From Patellaria atrata CBS 101060 (Eukaryota): 64,000 nucleotides of DNA. Position 1 is the stretch's first letter, and each line of letters opens with the position of its first letter. The DNA is taken from the NCBI GenBank assembly GCA_010093705.1, contig MU006096.1, positions 235,558 through 299,557 of the forward strand. Direction: 5' to 3'. A model generated the notes under the pieces. It was not told where the DNA came from and made no database searches. It saw nothing but the letters and a program-made list of their open reading frames with translations. Positions 38,139-49,314 of this stretch are shown here, in pieces. Position numbers and translations under genes: made by a program.

Positions 38139-38977
38139 ATGTCTGGTTTTCCATCTCAACCGGACATGAACTTGATAACTGGGGAAGAAAACGACGTCGA
38201 ACAGTTTTTCGGTTCTGGCTCGCACGGTATCCCTACGCATGTTGGCTATTCCACATCATACTCTCAGCATATCCCTCAAAGAACGTCCAGTAACATATCA
38301 TATTATCCCTCGCCACCACAAATCGGCGCATCTGTAGCTCCAAATTACGCTCAACAGGCAGTGTGGACACCAAACTCTTCGACAGGCGTATCATATGCTC
38401 CGTATCCCGCATCGACCACTGCATATGCTCCATTACATTCAACAACACAGGCATATGCGTACTACCCCACTCAAGGATTACAAACACAATCAACCGAAGC
38501 TTATAACGTGGCAGCATCAGCTGCATATCCCGCGACCTCCAGCCAGGAAATATCCTATCCCGAACCATCACGCTCTGTTTCCCCTGGTTCTGCGGATCTC
38601 AGGGCTTATGGGAACCCGAATAAGCAAGGGACCTGGACCTGTGCGTACCCCGGTTGCACGTCTCGAGCAGTTTTCACGCGAGGCTGTGATTTAAGGAAAC
38701 ATCACAAACGGCACACGAAGTCTTTTTTTTGTCAGTATGAGGGTTGCCCGCAATCTACAGGTGGAGGGTTTTCCAGCAAGAAGGATCTTGCAAGACACGA
38801 AGCGAAGCACAATCCAGAGGTCTCCTGTACTTGGGAAGGATGTGATAGAGTGTTTAGTAGAGTTGATAACATGGTAAGTCTCCTTCCTGGGAATGTGCGG
38901 TAGAAAAATTTCTGACACGTCACTCGTAGAGGGATCATGTCAAGAGGATTCACATGAAGGGATCACAATCATCGTGA
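38139..38977 (+). CDS. C2H2 zinc-finger transcription factor (3 fingers); intron 38874-38929
   Basis: CAYPGC..DLRKHHKRH; CQYEGC..DLARHEAKH; CTWEGC..FSRVDNM/RDHVKRIH; TATAAA at ~38070. Confidence 0.9.
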
Positions 38978-41900
38978 TGTGTCGCATCGCGGATCGAGAC
39001 ATCGCTGTATTGAGCTGACGCGTGGCGGCCGGGACGCTGCGGGAAGCGGGCCTCTCCAGGAAGTTTGTCAAGCCTTGTCCGATGCTGCATTTTTATTTGA
39101 GTTCGACCAACTGGTCCAGCTCCGGCCTACTCTTTCATCTTACCTCCGCGTGCTTTTCAATTACCTTTTACGTCCTGAAGACGTACTTCAATCTCTCCTT
39201 CGATACCCTTCTGAGCCGGCCTTGGCATGAATTGGCGACTGTTGCTTTCTGATGGAATTTGCATAGCGTGCGGGAATCTAGGGTCGATGCATTTGCATTA
39301 CTTGTTGGCGTTGTATGTATGGTCCGGGTTTTGTATATTTCAACCGCTTGCACATTTATGGGTTTCCCCATGTACACAACATATTGTACAATTTGTATAA
39401 GAAAAAACAGGGGCTCTTCTCGCTCGACATTTTGTGGTTGGAGTAGAAATATGATGGTCGGTGCGAATTGAGTTGTGACCGGAAGCGAGCTCGAGCTTCT
39501 TCTGACGACAACGATATTTCGACAGTTACTCTCGAGTTTTCTCACTCTTGTAAAATCGTTTTCTGAGATGACTACATTTTCACGCCACAGTCATTCATAA
39601 AGGAAGTTGATTAATCACAAATCATTCTTTTCTGCTGTTTTCAAATCTTGCTGAGCTGAAGCGTTAGTGGGGGGCCTTAACAACAGGGCTTGATTTGGTA
39701 CTGTACTTTGGGCACCTCTCACTCAGCGGGAATTCCGCTCCACAGTCCACACTCTTGTTATTACATAGGGCTTGACTTCACTGCACGTGTAGTAAGAAAC
39801 CGGTCCCTTGTTACTAATATATTATGTACGGTAACTCTTAAAGGTCACAAAGTACTGGTAAGTTCGGGTTTGAGTTCTCATATCATACGGAGTAATTTTT
39901 AAAGTATTTCCCGATTGTTCGACGCGGCGGCGCCTCATATCTTGCTTACCCGAAGATACAGTATGAACACACACAAATGTAGAAAGTAGGCACTTTCTCT
40001 TCTTTCCAAATACTCCTGAACATGTGTATCCAAGGAAGAAAAAGCCTCCTGGTCTGATAGAGATACATTCATTCAGATCAAACATTTGATCCCATGAGCG
40101 CTTCACCCGCCCCTGCATGATCGAGGAGCCGAGGAGCGGGTTGGCCGCTCGTAGACGACGTTACGGACTCTCAACGGGGGCCAAATAATCAGAAGTGTGT
40201 ACGCAGTATCAATAACGTTCGAGTCAGGTGTACGGATCAGAAACCTCGCGCAGCCACGTGGGAAGTCTTAACCTTGAACCTTCGACGCCCTTCTAAATAC
40301 AATCGTGAAGTTCATGGATGTCTAAACAAGGGAATGGACGCCATGATATGAAGCGCCGGGACCACGGCCTCGTGGTCAGCATTTCCCTAGAGATTTTGCA
40401 ACCTGGTTGAACTATGCTTAAATCTCTCGCCGCCGTAAATGCATGGCTTTAAACACCGTACCACACCCCTCCCGGTTCCCGCAATGCTAGACCTCTTCAG
40501 AACTCTTCACGGTCCGTCTGGGGTGCTGCTGCTGTACTTGTAGGTTCTCATTTACTTATTTCATGTCCCTATGTGTTTTGGCGACCGCTGTTGTAGACCG
40601 TACTGTGGCATTCATACATGAGCTTCCTCGAGTACCTTCAATAATAGCGGGACTCGCCTACTCTGCGTTTAGGACCATTTTCTGGAAGTCTTAACTTGCA
40701 AGGTCCGTTATCAACACACCGCTGTTATCACTAGGCCTTCAAAGTGTTTCAACATACATGCTGCAACTTAAAATTCTCCATCCTAGCAATATACCACATG
40801 TACTATGTGGAACTCATGCATATTACAAGCACAGTACCAGGGTGGTAGTACTAAGGTTTAGCCCTAGCCGCACCCAAGCCTCACTTTTCGGCTGGCGGAG
40901 AGGTCCAACCACCGACCAAGCCTCCAACACAGTCTCCATAGTCCATACTGTGTTGCGCGTTAAGTCAATCATTTCGGGGAAAAGTCACGAAAGGTTGAGA
41001 AGTTGTCGGTGGAATCAGTTCCCCGCTGTCGCGTGTGTTGTGAAATGAATGCGTGGCTCGGGATTCTCAACCATCCGAGAGCGAGCCGGAGGGTCACCAT
41101 GTTGGCGGAATTTATATGCAGGAACGCATTTCGCTGCTTTTGCAACCGGGGCGGAAGAATGCTGTTCGGTGCTCGTCCTCATCTCTGGGCGCTGCTCGGT
41201 TTTCTTACAAAGAACTTGCAGTGAACAATTCTGTAATGAATCGATTCCTTCAGGAGTTTGTCTTTGCCGCCCCCACAGACACCAATCGGAACCCGCTCTC
41301 GCGTATCGGAATCATATCCTGATCTAGCCTAGCACTGCGCCCACTTCTCCCTTAGCTTCGGAGTTTGTTGTTGCATCTTACGAGGAGGCGGACGATGAGC
41401 CTGAGGTTGGAGTATCATCAGTGCGGAGTACGGTGACATCAAACACACAACCATTTAATGCATCCGCCCATTCTGCTCCCGCAACAAGCTTTTACATTGG
41501 AATGACAAATTACTCACATAATCATTTAGTTTGTAGCCATTCTAATTGTCGAGGAAAGAGAATTGATAAAGATAACCATCATAATCCCTCAATACCCCTT
41601 CAGTATTTAGAGATAAAGTGAATCTGACTATGAGCCGTAAGGCGAGCTAACTAGTAGCCTTTCTTTGTGACAAATTACGTCTAATAATAGACAAATCATA
41701 TAATCTGTAGCTTTAACTAACTCTTGTAATTTTAAAGTATGCTCGCTTAAACCTGCTAGTTTCAACGGTGGGATTGAACTAATTCTACGCTTCTTCCCAA
41801 GAATTAGTTCTAAGGTTTCGCGTGTCTTCAACGCGTCTCGAGCGTGTTAATTCACCCAATTTTCTTCTCTCTCTAATAATATTTCACACGAGTATCATTA

Positions 41901-42228
41901 GGATGCCTTCCATGGTTATAGGACATGAATAATATCATTCAACTAAAATTCTCAAAACTCTAATATCTACCTTATAGTAGATGTCTACAACTGAACATCG
42001 TGCTCTTACTAAGACGTGTGAGATAAGGTAGACCAGCTGTGGTTAATTGTTTTTCCGTTCCCGACTGAACGACATCATCACTTCAAGCTGTAAACATATC
42101 ACAAAAGATGTGATCTTTCCAGTCTAATTCATTGTTGTAAATCGATAAGCCGCTCTTGTAAAACCCTTGATTGTTTGATTCTCATGCAGTGTACAATTTG
42201 TTAAATAGCGCCAGCATAAAGCATTTTA

Positions 42229-43627
42229 ATGGTCCATAACGTACATCAGCATTGGCGGCGTCTTGTCCCTTCTCAACGGGTCTCCCTAAACTCCCTCTTT
42301 ACTCCAGAGTATAATCGTCTATGGTCTACGTCGCTGTTACGATCGCATATTAGCACTTGTCGTAGCTTTCATAGACAATCAGTCCAGAATGCGCGGGTCG
42401 ATCAGGGCTCCAACCATCAGGCTCATATTCCACATAGAGTAGTTCAGTCAACCCGCATTCGAGATTATGCTCAGCACCAGAAAGTACATAGTCAACCTCC
42501 GTCTGCAAATAGTCTCGGCTCAGGTGAGCACCAGAGGGAGGAAATGCCTAGATACCGGTACCCCTTTGTGCTTCTACAGGTACCTAACGTCCTCCGTCCA
42601 ATACTCTTTACTTTAGGAATTGGTATAGGATCATTCTATCTTGCCGGTTTTCTCAACCGTCGAGAATTTCAAGATTTAAGTCAGAACGCGGGTAGGCCTT
42701 TGACGTCGGTAAATGAAGCTTTTGCAGCGAGGAAGTTACTCGAACAAGCAAATGCTCAGAAGGAAGTCAACTGGCTTCAGAAACACGTTCCGTTATCCCT
42801 AGTAAAACTGTATGCTACGGTAAAAACGAAGTGGCTTAATACGTCAGATGGGCAGCGGGCAGCAGTACTCGTCACTGGGCTCAACCTTACCGTTTTCGTG
42901 GCGTGGCAGGTCCCAAAAGCTGGAGTATCACTTTGGCTTGCGAAGACCTTTTTACACCATCCATTGTCTGGACGTAGCTACACGCTTCTTACATCTGCTT
43001 TCAGTCATAATGTTTGTCTCCCCCTTACCCCACGCATTCCCTGGGCACTAACCCTCTGTCTAGGCCTTCTGGCACGTCGCCCTCAACATGATCGCCCTCC
43101 AAGGCTTCATCCGTGCAACCAGCGACTACCTGGCCACCAAGCAATCAACGAACCCCGTCTGGAGAGCCGATAACCCCGACCGTCACATCCGCGCTGACCC
43201 GAACCCCATATACCGCACTCTAGCCTTCTACGTCACCGCCGCCACTGTCTCGAGTCTCGGCTCGCATCTCGCCAACGCTCTAACCCTCATGAGGAAGGCC
43301 AGCGGTCCCACATTTGCCGCCGCACGAGCTTCTTTACGGCCATCACTAGGTGCTAGTGGTGCGGTTTATGCACTTGCAACGCTTACCGCGCTCTCGTTCC
43401 CGGAGACAAGCGTAAATCTCTTCCTAGTGGTTCCTATACCCATAACGATTGGGATGAGCGGCATAGTCGCTTTAGACGTCGCGGGTGTTCTGTTGCGGTG
43501 GAAGATGTTCGATCATTTTGCGCATTTGGGCGGGGCTGCGTTCGGAGCGGCGTACTTCTATGGGGCACCGAGGTATAGGGAGTGGATCACGAAGAGGAGA
43601 AGGGGGGAAGGGGTGAGATCGAGATGA
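42229..43627 (+). CDS. Rhomboid protease, PARL/Pcp1-like; 2 exons
   Basis: LLTSAFSH..HVALNM; catalytic SLGASGA; DHFAHLGGAAFG; Arg-rich N-terminus. Confidence 0.87.
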
Positions 43628-44631
43628 ATGATGCTCTTCGGTAAATGAAGGATAAATGAAGTCCTATATATTTTAAGGAAGAGCCGGGCAGTTTGAGGAT
43701 TCTCACTGCATCCTCTAAGAGGAACTATAGTCCAAGTAAAACAGGGTTGACTATCGATCCCGTTCAATCCGCTTTCCCTTTATCTTGCTATAAGCACCAA
43801 GGACGCCCGCAACATAGCTCTCATGGATCAAATACTACGTTCAGGGGATTGCTTACCTACGGCCATCGTCAAAGCTACTTGGACGTGCAACATGATAGAA
43901 GCCATGAGGGAGTATCAAGACTCCAACCACATTGTAACCCGGCACTGTACAATATCACCTGTATAGTAGAAAAAAAATATTCCAAGTCCCAACCTATCAT
44001 CCTCTCAGTGCGCAACTTGTAAACTACGATTTACCGGGATACGGGGATACAATGATAGAATATGTGCGCATGCATGAAGTACGCAGGACGCGTGCTCTAT
44101 GGCACCCGGTACACATCCACTCGAAAATATTTGTGCGGAGGAGAAAACCACCGCACTGCGGCACCAGAATAGACGCGCCTCGTGCTTTGGCGCAGACGTA
44201 TAGTTCGGAGACGTTGAAGTGAGTTGCGTTGGGGATTGGTGGGTATCTCGGGACTTGCGGATGTGTATATTAGTGGAGCTTGCAGAGTGCGCGATATTCT
44301 GGATGACTCTGAGATGGAGAATTCTAACGCATGGATGACTGTGACTTGTAAGATACTGGGTCGGGCTGCCAGAGACCGCGGCTTAGGGAACTAATGCATA
44401 AGTAATCTACCTCACGATGAAGAAGGACGACGTCTTCATTCAGTCATGTAACTTCTCATCTAGGGTAGCTTAACACGACTCACGGCACCAATCCTCGCAA
44501 GCCAACCCAAAAATATCACCCTTATGGTGAAGTGAACCCTGATTTGCCGAAGGTTGATAGACAACAGAAACTTATGCACTAAACAGATCAACCACACAGC
44601 CCACGACCAATCCCATTACCTTGAAAATGCA

Positions 44632-45683
44632 CATTCCGATCTTGGAGATATCATTGTCGTGAATGCCTGGACATTCTCCTACAAATCCCACCTCTGCTAG
44701 GACTTTCGGATGGTGCTGACGTAGAGGATCCCTTCACTCTCATCTCATACAGAACATCCCCTCAGCTAACTGCTCCATAACCAAGCGCATTGGCTCTTAA
44801 CCTGTAAACGTGTTACAGGTGGCGAATAGGACTGAAGTAGTGAAAAACCAATTTCCGTCCGGCCTGAGCTCCATCGTTGGGTGGACGAGGAATTTTTGAA
44901 AAGCTCTTTCTGGACTTCTTCGATTCGAGACTCGTTTCCGGGGCAGCTGGGGATGGCGCATCGGCTTCAAAGGGGCGGAGTGCTCAGAGTTGATGACCGA
45001 GTGGTCTAACCACAATGGTGTTGACGGTAGAGGATGACGGCATTGAGTGGACAAGTGGAGAGACTCAAATAATCTTTTCTCGGGGCTGAAATTCAGATAT
45101 CCACATGAAATCCAAGTCAAGATGAGTGATACATTGGTCGGATGTGCCAAGTGGTTATTATCAGATGAGCGACTGCACTCCGGTATCGTCGTCACTTCTG
45201 TCTACAAACATCCGGAGGTCAGAAGACCCATCCTCTAGTCCAAAAGTGCTCGAAGACGTTGTGACTTCCACAGGAGGCAACAGATGTTCTTAGAATCCAG
45301 CGAAGGAAGACTAAGATAATCCTATTATGATGTTGAGAAGCATCGTCGACGAGTTGGACACATCTCTTGCAAATCTACATGACTTACTTGATGATCAACG
45401 GGATAATTGACAACCCACTACGGCCAACTAGCTCTGTTGTGGGTCATACAGACAGCGGTTATTCATCGAGGTATACTCAGAAAGAACAGTGGAACCACGG
45501 CAGCACATAGCATAGTTTCTTTAGAAGATTGACGTCATCATTTCTGAGTTCCTTGGTGGTAGGAGCATCCAGCGACATATTTGCGCTATGTCCAAGAAAG
45601 TTGAGTGCGATTTGCCAAGCGTTCTCGATCGTCTGTTGCTGGGTGTGGAGAAGAGAGCTCTGATTCAGATTTGTCGTAGCCAT
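44632..45683 (-). pseudogene. MAT1-2-1: Fragmented mating-type HMG-box gene relic (MAT1-2-1-like)
   Basis: N-terminal IENAWQIALNFL..DVNLLKKL; CPLNAVILYRQHH 45053-45015; KIPRPPN 44896-44876; ILY-(R)QHHPKVLAE 44729-44692 (1-nt deletion); PGIHDNDISKIG 44670-44635; stops and frameshifts between the pieces. Confidence 0.78.
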
Positions 45684-45717
45684 GATGAAGGAAATGAAGT
45701 CTTAAAGAGTGTAGAGG

Positions 45718-46170
45718 TCATCCTTGCATAGTAGTGTCGCCGTCATCTTGAGGACCTGATGTATGTTGACCGAGTCTGTTCAGCACGCCCTTCAGATACT
45801 CAATTCGCTCAGTCAAGTAAGCAATTTCCTCTTCTTGGTCTTCAACAGTCCGATCGATGCTTGGTAATGCTTTGATCGCTTGTCTGGCTTTCTGAATCTT
45901 GACTTTCAAAGCACCTGCAGCTGTTTGTAGGTTCTGAATTTCAAGAGGCTGTTCGTTCGGATAAGGTTGAAGTAGAGCATCACCAGAAGCACCTGCACCA
46001 CTTGAATTGAGTGAAGGTGAAGAAAGTAGGCGGGAGAGGAGCTGGTGGAGTGGAGGGAGGAAGTCGAAGGTTGACGGGTCTGGTAGTTGTAGAGCTGCTG
46101 TCGGGCCGGTGGAAGTTGAGCTTGCAAACGAGGTATTGGCATGCGGAGCTGGAGACGCGTGACTCGACAT
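45718..46170 (-). CDS. MED9: Mediator subunit 9 (Med9/Cse2)
   Basis: LPDPSTFDFLPPLHQLL..LKVKIQKARQAIKALPSIDRTVEDQEEEI. Confidence 0.82.
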   Translation of the reverse strand: MSSHASPAPHANTSFASSTSTGPTAALQLPDPSTFDFLPPLHQLLSRLLSSPSLNSSGAGASGDALLQPYPNEQPLEIQNLQTAAGALKVKIQKARQAIKALPSIDRTVEDQEEEIAYLTERIEYLKGVLNRLGQHTSGPQDDGDTTMQG

Positions 46171-46683
46171 GCTGGTTTCAATAAATGGTTTGCTTCTAGA
46201 TCGAACGATAATCGAGCTTGCTAAGAGCGAGTGCTCTTCTCCTCCAGAGGACTGAAAACGAGCAGTTTAGGAGCTTTGACGCGTCTATCGAACGCGTTGG
46301 GATACCGTAGTTCTATGACGTTCGAAGGGTAGTGAGATAGGAGAGCTTATAAGTCAGCAGTAATTCACATGAAACGATCATCAATCATCAATCATCAGAT
46401 CGGAAGACAGATTGAGGACAGATGGGATCAAACAACGAGGGTCAGGGTGAGGTTTAGGGTTTCTGTAGTTCTAACCTGGTGTCGCTCCAGGAGCTTGGCT
46501 ACTGTGACGTTGGCGGGGTTCCGGTTCGGGCAACTTTTCTTTTCTCAACGTCCCAACCGGAGATCTTAAGGAGACCTCCTCCCCTTCAATTGCTTCTTTA
46601 TCCCAATATCCCTCACATTTTCATTATCCTAGTCAATCGTAACTCACAATATTGTATTAATTAGAAAAGTCTTCCAAGAAGCT

Positions 46684-48438
46684 ATGGTCAACGTTGAGCA
46701 GAAAACAGTCCTCAGTAAGCCCCCCACCCCACTATAGTCTTATCTGGAAAGTGCTTCTTAAGGATCACAGTATCATGCTAATACGATGTATAGTCGTCAT
46801 TGACGGATGGGGCATTCCGGGTGAGAATTCGCCTAAAGAGGGCGATGCTATTCTCGCCGCAGACACCCCATATATGGATGAGTTCTCCAAAGAAGGATCA
46901 TCAACCGCTCAAGGTTTCACTGAACTCGAAGCTTCCTCTCTAGCTGTTGGCCTTCCCGAAGGACTGATGGGAAACAGTGAAGTAGGCCATCTCAATATCG
47001 GCGCTGGAAGAGTCGTCTGGCAAGATGTTGTAAGAATAGATCAGACGATCAAGAAGGAAGAGCTCCCCAAGATCGAGAATCTTCAAAAGTCCTTCAACAG
47101 AGCAAAGGATGGTAACGGCCGCCTACATCTTCTAGGATTGGTCTCCGATGGCGGCGTACATGCCCACATCAAACACTTGATTGCGCTCCTAAAAGAAGCA
47201 AAGAGGATTGGTGTACCTAAAGTTTTCATCCACTTTTTCGGAGATGGTAGAGATACGGATCCGAAATCCGGGCTCGGCCACATGAAAGACCTCATCGGAA
47301 AGACTGAGGAGATAGGTCTTGGGGAGATCGCAACGGTTGTTGGAAGATATTACATAATGGACCGTGACAAGAGATGGGAGCGTGTTGAAGTTGGTCTAAA
47401 AGGGGTCGTTCTCGGTGAAGGAGAGGACACCGATGATGTCGTGAAGACTATCCAGCAGCGTTACGAACAAGGTGAAACGGATGAGTTTTTGAAACCGATC
47501 ATTGTTGGTGGTGACGAGCGGAGAGTTCAAGGTACAACTACCCCTTTTCCATCCTCCAAGTCAAAAATCAATATTGACCCCTTACAGAGGGTGATACTTT
47601 GTTCTTCTTCAACTACCGATCTGACCGTGTTCGTGAGGTCACTCAACTCCTCGGTGGCTATGACCGAGAGCCTAGACCCGACTTCCCCTATCCCAAAGAC
47701 ATTCATCTGACAACAATGACCCAGTATAATACTAAGTTCCCCTACCCGATTGCCTTCCCACCGCAACACATGGGCAATGTGCTCGCAGAGTGGCTCGCGA
47801 AGCAAGGACTTAAGCAATGCCACGTCGCTGAAACGGAGAAGTATGCACACGTGACCTTCTTTTTTAACGGTGGCGTCGAAAAGCAATTCGACAACGAAGA
47901 CCGAGACATGATTCCCTCTCCCAAGGTAGCCACATACGATAAAAAGCCCACCATGAGCGCCATGGAAGTTGCAGAAAAGCTCTGTGAGAGAATTGAGAGT
48001 GGGAACTTCGAATTCCTGATGAACAACTTCGCACCTCCAGACATGGTTGGCCATACCGGTGTTTACAAAGCTGCTATCGAAGGCTGCGCAGAGACCGATA
48101 GGGCCATCGGCAAGGTCTACGAACAATGCAAGAAGAGTGGCTACGTGTTGTTCGTTACATCTGATCATGGGTGAGTCTTAATTGTAACTTCTCCAACTCT
48201 GTGATGACTAACGAAATTCGAAATTAGCAACGCGGAAGAGATGCTCAACGAAGAAGGTAACCCCAAGACGTCGCATACTACCAACAAAGTTCCATTCATC
48301 ATGGCCAATGCGCCTGGAAACTACAGCTTGAAGAAAACAGACGGTGTCTTAGGCGATGTTGCCCCCACGCTACTAGATGTGATGGGGCTTCCCAAACCGG
48401 AGGAGATGGGAGGTACTAGCTTGTTGGTCAAAGGTTGA
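46684..48438 (+). CDS. 2,3-bisphosphoglycerate-independent phosphoglycerate mutase, 4 exons
   Basis: VIDGWG, GLMGNSEVGH, SDGGVH, DGRD, GRYYIMDRD, NYRSDR, AETEKYAHVTFF, PDMVGH, TSDHG/N. Confidence 0.96.
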
Positions 48439-48485
48439 GATATAGTTTTACGGCATTAGAAAGGAGTTTTGGGTAGAAGTATAGG

Positions 48486-48516
48486 GGTGTGTGGCTGGTG
48501 TGTGGCTGGTGTGTGG
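48486..48516 (+). repeat. 11-bp tandem repeat GGTGTGTGGCT x2.8 downstream of the iPGM stop
   Basis: Directly visible. Confidence 0.8.
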
Positions 48517-49314
48517 GTATGGCGCGGTGCATTGGAGGCGTGCGAACGTGTGACATAGTAGTTGAATTAGTATATCCAGCCTGAACTATACAGAATAGTA
48601 TTGTCTGCTGAGAAGCCGAGTTATCAAGTAGCCATTGCGCGCACGGCCAGTGTCCAGCGACTAAGAAGTATCCTCTAGGACAAAGGAGGGGATACTGCAA
48701 TATTCCCACTACTAAAGCTTTTATTGGAATTAATTACCTTCATGGCCTCCTAATTTCTTTTTCGAACCGCTATCCGAGCTGTTCGTATTCGTGAATTTCT
48801 GTCACCTAAGCTTCATGATAATACTTCGTTCCAGTTCTAGTTGATAGCAGCCGTCGCAACTCAAACCTGTCCTCAACCAAGTATTTATTGTTTTACAACT
48901 TTGAGCAACTTATACCCGTACCAACTAAACTGCTAAGGTGTTCAGTAAGAATCATGATGGACCCGGAAAATCACCCGGTTTACGCTTCCACCCAAAATCC
49001 ACTATGCATTGACCCTTCGTTCCTTTCACGTCATCGTTCAAACCCTATTTTAACATCAGATCCTCTCATCACGATGAAGCGACACTCATGATCTATTTCC
49101 CGAGATTACTTATGATCTATATAGCACAGAAGGCCATATAAGATCAAGAGGCACATTGGGTACAGTAAATGAATATGTTTTTGGCGTTTTAGTTCTAAGC
49201 TAACTGGAAATGATCGCAATACTAATCTTCAACAATAAGAGAACAAATATGGGGTATAGAACACCAGGAATCCCTCAAATACAGAGATGAGATCTAACAC
49301 CTTAGTATATTGAA

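Noticed and set aside
40261..40695. 12-bp direct repeat GGAAGTCTTAAC as element ends
   Set aside because: No TIR, LTR or transposase evidence between the copies; may be chance.
46441..46462. Telomere-like GGTTTAGGGTTT
   Set aside because: One unit in the MED9/iPGM promoter; not an array.
48436..48459. Cryptic PTS1 by readthrough of the iPGM stop
   Set aside because: Context is TGA GAT rather than TGA CTA, and the extension ends LRH, which is not PTS1-like.
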